Assembly (NCBI GenBank): GCA_009780115.1
Contig: WRAQ01000011.1
Location: 3,586 to 67,585, forward strand
Direction: 5' to 3'
Length of the DNA: 64,000 bases
From: Lachnospiraceae bacterium
GTDB lineage: Bacteria; Bacillota; Clostridia; Lachnospirales; Lachnospiraceae
Shown here piece after piece: positions 46,439-54,453 of the stretch. Each line of letters opens with the position of its first letter. Within the stretch, counting starts at the first letter, position 1. Both the position numbers and the translations under genes were made by a program. The notes under the pieces were generated by a model. It was not told where the DNA came from. It made no database searches and worked only from the letters and a program-made list of their open reading frames with translations.

Positions 46439-47551
46439 ATGGATGAAGTTACACAGGTAAGGTTTGATGAGAAGCTAAAATTGCTTCTCGATACCGCAAG
46501 AAAGAAAAAAAATGTCGTTGAACATCAGGAAATAAGTGATCATTTTGCTGATATGACATTGGAGGAAGAGCAATTCGAGAAAATTCTGGAGGCTCTTGAG
46601 CAAAACAATGTTGATATTTTGCGGATCACCGATGAGGATGAGGTAGAAGATGAAGAAATTATCCTCACTGAAGAAGATGAAGTGGATGTCGAAAACATCG
46701 ACCTTACTGTTCCTGACGGCATTAGTATCGAAGACCCGGTCCGGATGTATCTCAAAGAAATCGGTAAAGTGCCGCTTCTTAGTGCGGATGATGAAATTGA
46801 GCTGGCAAAACTGATGGAAGAGGGCAGTGATGAGGCGAAGAAACGCTTAGCTGAAGCGAATCTGCGGCTTGTAGTCAGTATTGCCAAAAGATATGTCGGG
46901 CGGGGGATGCTCTTTCTTGACTTGATTCAGGAAGGAAATTTGGGTTTGATTAAAGCAGTCGAAAAATTCGATTACCGCAAAGGGTACAAATTTTCTACTT
47001 ATGCAACCTGGTGGATTAGACAGGCAATTACCAGGGCGATTGCCGATCAGGCACGGACAATTCGTATTCCGGTTCATATGGTAGAAACAATCAACAAACT
47101 TATCCGGATTAGCCGTCAGTTGCTTCAGGAGCTTGGGCGGGAACCTTCGCCGGAGGAAATCGCTATCCATATGAGTATGCCGGTTGAACGGGTCCGTTCA
47201 ATCCTCAAAATTTCCCAGGAGCCGGTTTCGCTGGAAACTCCGATTGGCGAGGAAGAAGACTCCCATCTTGGTGATTTTATCCAAGATGAAAATGTCCCGG
47301 TCCCGGCTGATGCGGCGGCTTTTATCCTGCTTAAAGAACAACTTGTTGATGTCCTTAGCACTTTAACAGAAAGGGAACAAAAGGTTCTGCGCCTACGTTT
47401 TGGCCTTGATGACGGCCGGGCAAGGACCCTTGAAGAAGTAGGTAAAGAATTTAATGTTACCCGGGAACGGATTCGTCAGATTGAAGCAAAAGCATTAAGA
47501 AAACTGCGCCACCCAAGCCGGAGCCGGAAGCTTAAGGATTATTTGGATTAA
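46439..47551 (+). CDS. rpoD: Primary RNA polymerase sigma factor
   Basis: Acidic region 1. Region 2 ([14 protein letters not shown]) and region 4.2 ([30 protein letters not shown]). Confidence 0.95.
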   Translation: MDEVTQVRFDEKLKLLLDTARKKKNVVEHQEISDHFADMTLEEEQFEKILEALEQNNVDILRITDEDEVEDEEIILTEEDEVDVENIDLTVPDGISIEDPVRMYLKEIGKVPLLSADDEIELAKLMEEGSDEAKKRLAEANLRLVVSIAKRYVGRGMLFLDLIQEGNLGLIKAVEKFDYRKGYKFSTYATWWIRQAITRAIADQARTIRIPVHMVETINKLIRISRQLLQELGREPSPEEIAIHMSMPVERVRSILKISQEPVSLETPIGEEEDSHLGDFIQDENVPVPADAAAFILLKEQLVDVLSTLTEREQKVLRLRFGLDDGRARTLEEVGKEFNVTRERIRQIEAKALRKLRHPSRSRKLKDYLD

Positions 47552-47555
47552 AAGC

Positions 47556-47668
47556 GTGAAGAGATTTTCTAAGCTTGCGCTTATTGGAACCTGCAACCAA
47601 ATCAACGCAAGCTTTGATTCCAAAATCTAAAACTTCACGCGGGAAGAACGTAAAAAGCGTTCTTTATA
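47556..47668 (+). repeat. Family-B structured element (rpoD to trmK spacer)
   Basis: Outer stem GCGTGAAG/CTTCACGC and inner stem AAGCTTGCG/CGCAAGCTT. Then AAAATCTAAAACTTCACGCGGG followed by hairpin AAGAACG-taaaaag-CGTTCTT, 12 nt before the trmK ATG. Confidence 0.6.
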
Positions 47669-47676
47669 GGATTTTT

Positions 47677-48429
47677 ATGATTTTATCAAAACGTTTGCAG
47701 ACAATAGCCGATATGGTGACAAAAGGGCATTGTATCTGTGACATTGGTTGTGACCATGCCCATATAGCGATTTATTTGGTTGGGCAAGGGATTGCCCCCC
47801 GTGCGGTTGCGATGGATATACATACCGGCCCTTTAGAACGCGCAAGGGGGCACATAGTTGCTCATGGGCTGGCTGACAAAATTGAAACCCGGCTGTCTGA
47901 TGGGTTTGTTTCCTTGAGGGCAGGGGAAGCAGAGACAGTTATTATTGCCGGAATGGGCGGCCGCCTGATGCAGGCAATCCTTACTGACGGAGCGGCAAAA
48001 ATAGCCGGGATAAAGGAATTAATCCTTGGGCCGCAGTCCGAAATACCGGCTTTCCGCCGATTTCTTCGAATGAACGGGTTTCATACCGAACATGAGGATT
48101 TGATTTTAGAGGGGGATATATTTTATCCCATTATCAAAGCGGCGCCAAGCCGGTTAAAATCGGAGGAATTGAATACTATTGATATAAATGAAACAGAGGC
48201 AACAACAATTGCCGATTGCTATGGACATATCCCGTTAAAACAGCGGAATCCGGCCTTGCTTAAATATCTTAGGCGCGAGCAAAAGGTAACATTGGAGATT
48301 ATTAATCAGATAAATAACAGTAGTTATTTAAGTAAGAAAAATGAAGAGAAGTTGGATGAAATGAGGAAGAAAGCAGCAGAGCTTACTGATTTGATAGGGT
48401 TGTGGAAAACGGAAAATGGGGGGTTATAA
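47677..48429 (+). CDS. trmK: tRNA (adenine22-N1)-methyltransferase
   Basis: ICDIGCDHAHIAIYL and IIAGMGG. Conserved position after rpoD, as in Bacillus yqfN. Confidence 0.85.
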   Translation: MILSKRLQTIADMVTKGHCICDIGCDHAHIAIYLVGQGIAPRAVAMDIHTGPLERARGHIVAHGLADKIETRLSDGFVSLRAGEAETVIIAGMGGRLMQAILTDGAAKIAGIKELILGPQSEIPAFRRFLRMNGFHTEHEDLILEGDIFYPIIKAAPSRLKSEELNTIDINETEATTIADCYGHIPLKQRNPALLKYLRREQKVTLEIINQINNSSYLSKKNEEKLDEMRKKAAELTDLIGLWKTENGGL

Positions 48430-48431
48430 TC

Positions 48432-49214
48432 ATGATATTCAGAGATTTATTTAAGAAACTCGAAAAATTGGCTCCGGAGATATACGCGCTCAAAAATGAT
48501 AAGACTGGATTTCAAATCGGGTGTTATGATAAAGATATCAAGAAAGTTTGGTTAGCGACAGACTTAACAGATACTGTCCTTGAACAAGCGGTTTCCGGTG
48601 GTGCGGATTTAATTTTGACTCATCACCCTTTGATTTATGACCCTCTTACCCAGATACTTGCCCATGATATTGTTGGCCGCCGGATTATCAAATTAATCCG
48701 CAATGATATTAATTATATGGCTATGCACACCAACTTTGATGTCATGGCAATGGCTGATTATGCGGCGGATATTTTAGGGCTTTCCGGGCGGCAAGTTTTG
48801 GATATCACTTATGAAAATGAGGGTAATAAAGAAGGTATCGGGCGTTATGGAAATCTGTCTTGCCCAATGACTTTAAATGATTGTGCCGAACATATTAAAT
48901 CAAGATTTAACATAGATTCGCTTAAGGTATTCGGTGATAGTAATAAAGTTATCAACACCGTAGCTATCTCACCCGGCTCAAGCGGGGGTGTCCTTGCCCA
49001 TGCCGTTAAAGCGGGTGTTGACCTATTAATAACAGGTGATATTAAGCACAATATTGTCCTGGATGCAATGGCTCATGGGATAGCACTTATTGATGCCGGG
49101 CATTATGAGACTGAAAAGATATTTGTCCCTTATATGAAAGATTATTTTGAACGTGAAATTCCGGGGCTTTTAGTTTTTGAAGCAAATGAAAAGAGTTTGT
49201 TTTATGTGGTGTGA
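48432..49214 (+). CDS. Nif3-like dinuclear metal centre protein (YqfO type)
   Basis: ILTHHPLIY, MHTNFD and IDAGHYETE. Confidence 0.85.
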   Translation: MIFRDLFKKLEKLAPEIYALKNDKTGFQIGCYDKDIKKVWLATDLTDTVLEQAVSGGADLILTHHPLIYDPLTQILAHDIVGRRIIKLIRNDINYMAMHTNFDVMAMADYAADILGLSGRQVLDITYENEGNKEGIGRYGNLSCPMTLNDCAEHIKSRFNIDSLKVFGDSNKVINTVAISPGSSGGVLAHAVKAGVDLLITGDIKHNIVLDAMAHGIALIDAGHYETEKIFVPYMKDYFEREIPGLLVFEANEKSLFYVV

Positions 49215-49293
49215 TATCAAGGGCTGAAAGTTTACAACACGCAGTAATACGTAAGTATCTAAAATATTATACAATATGAAAAAAGGAGTAACC

Positions 49294-50958
49294 ATGCAAA
49301 CACAATTAACTGTCACAATTAGTGGGAAGAAAGAAACATATGAATCGGGTATCTCTTATGGAAAGATTGCTGAGGTTCACCAGGCTAATTACGATTCACC
49401 AATTGCATTGGTCTTGGTAAATGGGAAAATCAGGGAACTTCACCGGACCTTAAATCGTGATTGCGAATTATCTTTTATTACCCTAAAGGATCAAATCGGC
49501 CATAAAACTTATGTCCGCTCCGCAACGATGCTTCTTTTTACCGCGATTGACCATATTCTAGGTAAGGAAGTCGCCGAAAAAGCAAGAGTTGCTTTCACGA
49601 TTGGGTTGGGTTATTACTGTCATTTGCATGAGGGTTATCAGTTTACGGATGAGGATGTTTCAAAAATTAACGAAACAATGCATGATCTTGTCAGCCGTGA
49701 CCTGGCTATCGAAAAAATTAATTATCCTATTGATGATGCAATGGCATTATTTAAAAGCCGTAATATGAGCGAAAAAGAGAAGCTTTTCAAATACCGCCGC
49801 TCATCAAGCGTTAATATCTATTGTTTAGATGGTTATTATGATTATTATTATGGATATATGCTTCCAAGCACCCGTTATATCAAATATTTTAATGTAATTC
49901 GTTATGATAAAGGTTTTATGCTTATTCTTCCGGATCGGAAAACGCCGGAAATTATCTCTGATTTTGTGCCCCGCGAAAAGCTGTTTAAAACTTTGCTTAC
50001 CGGTGAACAATGGGGTAAAAAAATGGATGTAAGCACCGTTGGTGATCTAAATAATGCTGCTTGCGATGGCCATATTAACTCTTTGATTCTTGTCCAGGAA
50101 GCACTGCAAGAACACCGCATCGGGGAGATTGCCCAGACGATTGTCAAGCGCGGGGGGGTCAAATTCGTAATGATTGCCGGCCCTTCTTCCTCCGGCAAAA
50201 CGACCTTTTCACACCGTCTTGCCATCCAGCTTAAGACGTATGGTTTGACACCTCATCCTATTGGGCTTGATGATTATTATATTGACCGGGATAAAACACC
50301 CCGTGATGAAAATGGCAACTTGAATTTTGAAATCCTGGAAGCGATTGATGTTAAGCAATTTAATCAGGATATGTGTGATTTACTGGCCGGACATGTTGTA
50401 GATATGCCTTCTTTTAATTTCCTGACCGGAAAACGTGAGTATAAGGGTAATCGTAAGAAGTTAGGGCCGGATGATATCCTCGTAATTGAAGGTATTCATG
50501 GTTTAAACCCGAAAACGTCACATTCTTTACCCGATGAAAGCAAGTTCAAAATATATATTAGTTGCCTGACTGGATTAAATGTTGATTCCCATAACCGGAT
50601 TCCGACTACTGACAGCCGTTTGCTCCGCCGTTTGGTTCGTGACAGCCGTACAAGGGGGGCGAGTGCCGCCCGTACGATTGGAATGTGGGCAAGTGTCCGC
50701 CGTGGTGAAGAGGAATATATTTTCCCTTATCAGGAAGATGCCGATGAGATGTTTAACTCTGCTTTAATTTATGAACTTGCCGTCTTAAAACAATATGCCG
50801 AGCCGCTTCTTTTCCAGATTACGAAAGAGGAAGAAGAGTATTATGAAGCTAAACGGTTATTGAAATTCCTTGAATATTTTATCGGGGTCAGTAGTGAAGG
50901 GGTGCCGAACAATTCGATTTGCCGGGAGTTTATTGGGGGTAGTATATTTCACGCTTGA
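49294..50958 (+). CDS. Long uridine-kinase / phosphoribulokinase-family nucleoside kinase with an N-terminal extension of about 280 aa
   Basis: RBS AAAGGAG. P-loop IAGPSSSGKTTF in the C-terminal half. The function of the N-terminal domain was not recognised. Confidence 0.6.
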   Translation: MQTQLTVTISGKKETYESGISYGKIAEVHQANYDSPIALVLVNGKIRELHRTLNRDCELSFITLKDQIGHKTYVRSATMLLFTAIDHILGKEVAEKARVAFTIGLGYYCHLHEGYQFTDEDVSKINETMHDLVSRDLAIEKINYPIDDAMALFKSRNMSEKEKLFKYRRSSSVNIYCLDGYYDYYYGYMLPSTRYIKYFNVIRYDKGFMLILPDRKTPEIISDFVPREKLFKTLLTGEQWGKKMDVSTVGDLNNAACDGHINSLILVQEALQEHRIGEIAQTIVKRGGVKFVMIAGPSSSGKTTFSHRLAIQLKTYGLTPHPIGLDDYYIDRDKTPRDENGNLNFEILEAIDVKQFNQDMCDLLAGHVVDMPSFNFLTGKREYKGNRKKLGPDDILVIEGIHGLNPKTSHSLPDESKFKIYISCLTGLNVDSHNRIPTTDSRLLRRLVRDSRTRGASAARTIGMWASVRRGEEEYIFPYQEDADEMFNSALIYELAVLKQYAEPLLFQITKEEEEYYEAKRLLKFLEYFIGVSSEGVPNNSICREFIGGSIFHA

Positions 50959-50982
50959 AGTACTCATTTGTAATTTCCGCGT

Positions 50983-51117
50983 GTGACATCTCTGTACTTC
51001 GGCCGCAGACACGTTCTCACTCGATGTAAAACGTAGCAGTACTAAGGCGGCACAATACGCCGCCGAGTGCTGACGTTTTACAACGGTCTGCTTGCGAAGT
51101 CAGAATGTCACTCACGA
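50983..51117. repeat. Long imperfect palindrome (about 135 nt) between the kinase gene and rnpB
   Basis: Nested arms GTGACAT/ATGTCAC, GCAGAC/GTCTGC, GTAAAACGT/ACGTTTTAC and GGCGGC-acaatac-GCCGCC. Confidence 0.45.
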
Positions 51118-51129
51118 CTTAGATTTTTG

Positions 51130-51138
51130 TGGTATAAT
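51130..51138 (+). promoter_or_regulatory. Extended -10 promoter of rnpB
   Basis: TGGTATAAT (TGnTATAAT), 7 nt upstream of the predicted RNA 5' end. Confidence 0.5.
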
Positions 51139-51144
51139 ATACAT

Positions 51145-51522
51145 GAGTAGAACAAATGATCGCGCTTGATTTTGCCGGGAAACGGCCAAATCGGGTGAGG
51201 AAAGTCCGGGCTTCATAGGGCAGGATGCCGGATAACGTCCGGTGGAGGCGACTCTAAGGAAAGTGCAACAGAAATATACCGCCCGCAGATGTTAAACCAT
51301 CTTTGATGGCAGCATCTGTGTGGTAAGGGTGGAAGGGTAGTGTAAGAGACTACCGCCCGGGCGGTAACGGCCGGGGCACATGTAAACCCCATCCGAAGCA
51401 AGACCAAACAGAAAGCAATAGGCTTGCCCGGCCTGCTTTCAGGTAGGTCGCATGAGGTCAGCGGTAACGCTGATCCCAGATAGATGATCATTCATGACAG
51501 AACCCGGCTTATCGTTCTACTC
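51145..51522 (+). ncRNA. rnpB: RNase P RNA
   Basis: Universal P4 strand GAGGAAAGTCCGGGC (51168-51182). P1 pairs GAGTAGAAC (51145-51153) with GTTCTACTC (51514-51522). ACAGAACCCGGCTTA lies near the 3' end. Confidence 0.9.
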
Positions 51523-51561
51523 AAAAATACTTACAGCAAAGCTGTAAGTATTTTTGAGTAG
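51517..51561 (+). other. Perfect 21-bp hairpin overlapping the 3' strand of rnpB P1
   Basis: CTACTCAAAAATACTTACAGC-aaa-GCTGTAAGTATTTTTGAGTAG. Its first 6 nt are also the 3' strand of P1. Confidence 0.6.
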
Positions 51562-51695
51562 AAGATGTACACAAATCGCAAAAAAGCGATTTGGCACTTG
51601 GCACAACTCGGGATTTTCGTGCGAAAACCCATGCACGAAAAACACCTCGTGGAATAGTGGTAGAATATAAGTCTCTAATCAATAACTTAAAACAC

Positions 51696-51724
51696 AAAAA
51701 GCGCCCCGTTTGAGTAACGGGGCG
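51696..51724 (-). terminator. Rho-independent terminator of rpsT
   Basis: On the minus strand: CGCCCCGTT-actca-AACGGGGCG followed by CTTTTTGT. Confidence 0.7.
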
Positions 51725-51742
51725 GTTAATTTTGGAAAAATA

Positions 51743-52019
51743 TTACGCTGACATTTTATTAACAGCATTTGCCAAACGAGAAACTTTGCGTGAAGAAGTG
51801 TTTTTGTGATAAACACCCTTACTCGTGGCTTTGCCGATAGCTTTGGTCGCAAAAGCTAATGCTTTAGCGGCAGCTTCTTTATCATTAGCTTCAATAGCGG
51901 CGTATACTTTCTTAATAGAAGTTTTTACTCCGGATTTGATGGCTTTATTGCGCGCGGCTTTAGTTTGGTTAACTAAAATCCTTTTTTTCGCAGATTTGAT
52001 ATTGGCCAAGTCCTTTACC
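51743..52019 (-). CDS. rpsT: 30S ribosomal protein S20
   Basis: AGGAGG lies 8 nt before TTG 52019. The product starts (M)ANIKSAKKRILVNQTKAARNKA. Confidence 0.9.
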
Positions 52020-52054
52020 TCCTGTAAATATTCCATAAACAACACACGTAGTAT

Positions 52055-52083
52055 AGTGTAGTGCAAAAATGTGTTTCTGTCAA
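52055..52083 (-). promoter_or_regulatory. Candidate promoter of rpsT
   Basis: On the minus strand: TTGACA (52078-52083), a 17-nt spacer, then TACACT (52055-52060). Confidence 0.4.
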
Positions 52084-52493
52084 TACCATAATTGAATTAA
52101 TTTTTAAATATTTAATCGTAATTAATGAATCCGCGAAATAGAGATTCATTTATGGAGCACTCAAAATTGGGTGTATCGGATAACATTTACAATCTGCAAT
52201 TAAAAATATTGCGAAATAAATTAATATCATACCATTGTATTTGACAAAAATATGATAGTGGCTCATGCATAAAAACCATATTGAATGTAATTATGTGCAT
52301 TTTAATTTGTTTATATAAAATTTTGCCGAACTTTTCAGAAAAATAAGATTAATAAGCGATAAAACTCGATTTAATGTCTGTTATGATTTAAATACTGCAT
52401 TGTTTAGGGTTGTAAAAAACAGGTAAAAATGATGGAATGAGATAGATAAATGTGAATGCCTAATCAAAAAACAGATGAAATTATAAACACATA

Positions 52494-52522
52494 TTGACAT
52501 AAAAGAAATTATATATTACAAT
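52494..52522 (+). promoter_or_regulatory. Candidate sigma-A promoter of the rSAM-peptide-lipoprotein operon
   Basis: TTGACA (52494-52499), a 17-nt spacer, then TACAAT (52517-52522). It sits at the end of a very AT-rich gap of about 500 bp. Confidence 0.45.
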
Positions 52523-52573
52523 GCTATATAATAACAAATAGAAATGGCTTTATTCACCGGGTGAACTAGGATA

Positions 52574-54124
52574 ATGGAGAATACGATGGATACTTTTGTA
52601 GAAAAATACAAAGAACTAAAATCTTTGCTGCCAAATGAAAAACCAATTGGGATTGTATTTAAAACTAAAGTAAAAAAATATTATTATGACACAGCTACTG
52701 GAAAAGCATTAGTATGCGGTGATATAGAATTTCTATTACTAGATAGAATTTTGTCAGACGATGAAGGGGGTATATTTTTGCTTGCTAAAGATTATCCTGA
52801 TGAAATATCTAATGCATTAGAAAATATAATAAGTACCATTAAAAGTGAAAATATCTTGAAGGTTTCAAAATTTTCAAGTATGAATATACCACTGGGATAT
52901 GAGAAATTAATCGAAAATAATTTGGAGCATATCATTCTTGAAATAACAGAAAAATGCAACTTGCGCTGTGGTTATTGTACATATAATGAAGATTGCGATA
53001 CTGACAGAGGTTTTAGTGAACGCGATATGCCTGATGAAATTGCATTCAAAGCAATTGATTATATATTTAATAACTCTGTCGATAATTCGAAAATTAGCAT
53101 TTCATTTTATGGCGGCGAGCCATTACTAAAATATAAATTGATGAAAGAATGCATTGAATATGCAAAAAGTATAAATAGCAAGATTGATATTCATTATTCT
53201 TTTACCACTAACTGTACACTAGTAACACAAGAAATTGCAAATGACTTATCAAAATTAGCTAACATATCCATTTTATGCAGTATTGACGGGCCAAAAGAGA
53301 TTCATGATTTATATAGAAAAGATAGCCGGGGGATTGGTTCGTTTGACAATGCCATAAAAGGGCTACGCCTGTTAGTTGAGGCATTTGGGGAGCGCGCTAA
53401 AGAGGTTATTGCGATAAATGCTGTTTATGCGCCGCCATTTTCATTCGATAAAATCGAAAACATAAAGAAATTTTTTGAAGAACTCACATGGTTCCCTAAT
53501 GAAATAATGATATCGGCATCATATCCGCGAAATGAAAGTGTACCATTGCTTAAAAATTACCTTAATAAAACAAAACCGGATGAAAATTTATGCTTGGATT
53601 TCGATTATGAAAAATGGGATATGTCTTTGTATGAATGGTGTTTGCAAAATTATGATAGTAAAGGTATTTTTTTAACACAGATGTCTAATCAATTATTTAC
53701 TAGGTTATATCGCAGAAATATCTCGGATCAAGAACTTGATAAAATTCCTTTTAATGGGTGCTGCATACCTGGACAACGAAGATTATATGTAATGACAAAC
53801 GGTGATTTTAAGGTATGCGAAAGAGTTGGTGAAGCTCCGGTTATGGGCAATCTCGATGTCGGAATTAATAAAAAATCAACTAAAAATATTTATATAAAAA
53901 ATTATGAGCGGGAATCTATGAAAAAATGTGCATATTGTTGGCTGGCAAAAATATGTGATATATGTTTTGCTTCTTGTTATGATTCGAATGGTCTAAATAT
54001 CGAAAAAAAGGAAATGTCTTGCCTTGAAAGGAAAACTAGCTATATTGATATTTGGACTTCTTATTTTGAAAAGCTTGAAGTAAATCCCTATTGTTTTGAT
54101 GAGCTTAATTATGAATTGTCATAA
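52574..54124 (+). CDS. Radical SAM / SPASM-domain peptide maturase
   Basis: CNLRCGYC (CX3CX2C, 52955-52978). N-terminal extension of about 110 aa with the RRE-like pattern KKYYYDTATGKALVCGDIEFLLL. C-terminal Cys-rich SPASM region (GCCIPG, KVCERV, CAYCWLAKICDICFASCY, SCLERK). An alternative ATG at 52586 has GGAG upstream. Confidence 0.85.
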   Translation: MENTMDTFVEKYKELKSLLPNEKPIGIVFKTKVKKYYYDTATGKALVCGDIEFLLLDRILSDDEGGIFLLAKDYPDEISNALENIISTIKSENILKVSKFSSMNIPLGYEKLIENNLEHIILEITEKCNLRCGYCTYNEDCDTDRGFSERDMPDEIAFKAIDYIFNNSVDNSKISISFYGGEPLLKYKLMKECIEYAKSINSKIDIHYSFTTNCTLVTQEIANDLSKLANISILCSIDGPKEIHDLYRKDSRGIGSFDNAIKGLRLLVEAFGERAKEVIAINAVYAPPFSFDKIENIKKFFEELTWFPNEIMISASYPRNESVPLLKNYLNKTKPDENLCLDFDYEKWDMSLYEWCLQNYDSKGIFLTQMSNQLFTRLYRRNISDQELDKIPFNGCCIPGQRRLYVMTNGDFKVCERVGEAPVMGNLDVGINKKSTKNIYIKNYERESMKKCAYCWLAKICDICFASCYDSNGLNIEKKEMSCLERKTSYIDIWTSYFEKLEVNPYCFDELNYELS

Positions 54125-54183
54125 ATTTTATCTATAAAACAGGTTTTTTGAGTGATTACATTTTTATGAAAGGCGGTATTAAT

Positions 54184-54363
54184 ATGTATTTAGCAAATGA
54201 AGGAAAAAAATCAGAAGTGGCTTCGGCAATGGCAAATTGCGCTTGCGGAGGCGGCGGGACTGCAGTTCAAAATAACGTAAGGTCATTAGTATGTACATGC
54301 TATTGCGGTTCAGGATATTATTACGAAACAAATGGTGTCTTAAATGTAGGCCGTAACGGTTAA
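54184..54363 (+). CDS. 59-aa Cys/Gly/Tyr-rich candidate RiPP precursor peptide
   Basis: RBS AAAGGCGG lies 7 nt before the ATG. Sequence: MYLANEGKKSEVASAMANCACGGGGTAVQNNVRSLVCTCYCGSGYYYETNGVLNVGRNG. It begins 60 nt after the maturase stop with no terminator between. Confidence 0.6.
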   Translation: MYLANEGKKSEVASAMANCACGGGGTAVQNNVRSLVCTCYCGSGYYYETNGVLNVGRNG

Positions 54364-54453
54364 TTGAAAAATTTAATTAATTAAAAATAACAATCTTAAA
54401 AATTGCTCAAAAAACCTGCTTTTGCGATAAAATAATGATTTGGAGGATGGATA

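Noticed and set aside
51213-51491. 92-aa minus-strand ORF.
   Set aside because: It lies entirely inside the RNase P RNA gene, which has the P4 sequence and P1 pairing. It is an artefact of a structured ncRNA.
52126-52248. Short ORFs (about 40 aa at 52126 and about 17 aa at 52266) in the AT-rich gap upstream of the rSAM gene, considered as additional precursor peptides.
   Set aside because: They have no RBS, no Cys residues and no similarity to the 59-aa peptide. They are the expected random ORFs of AT-rich DNA.
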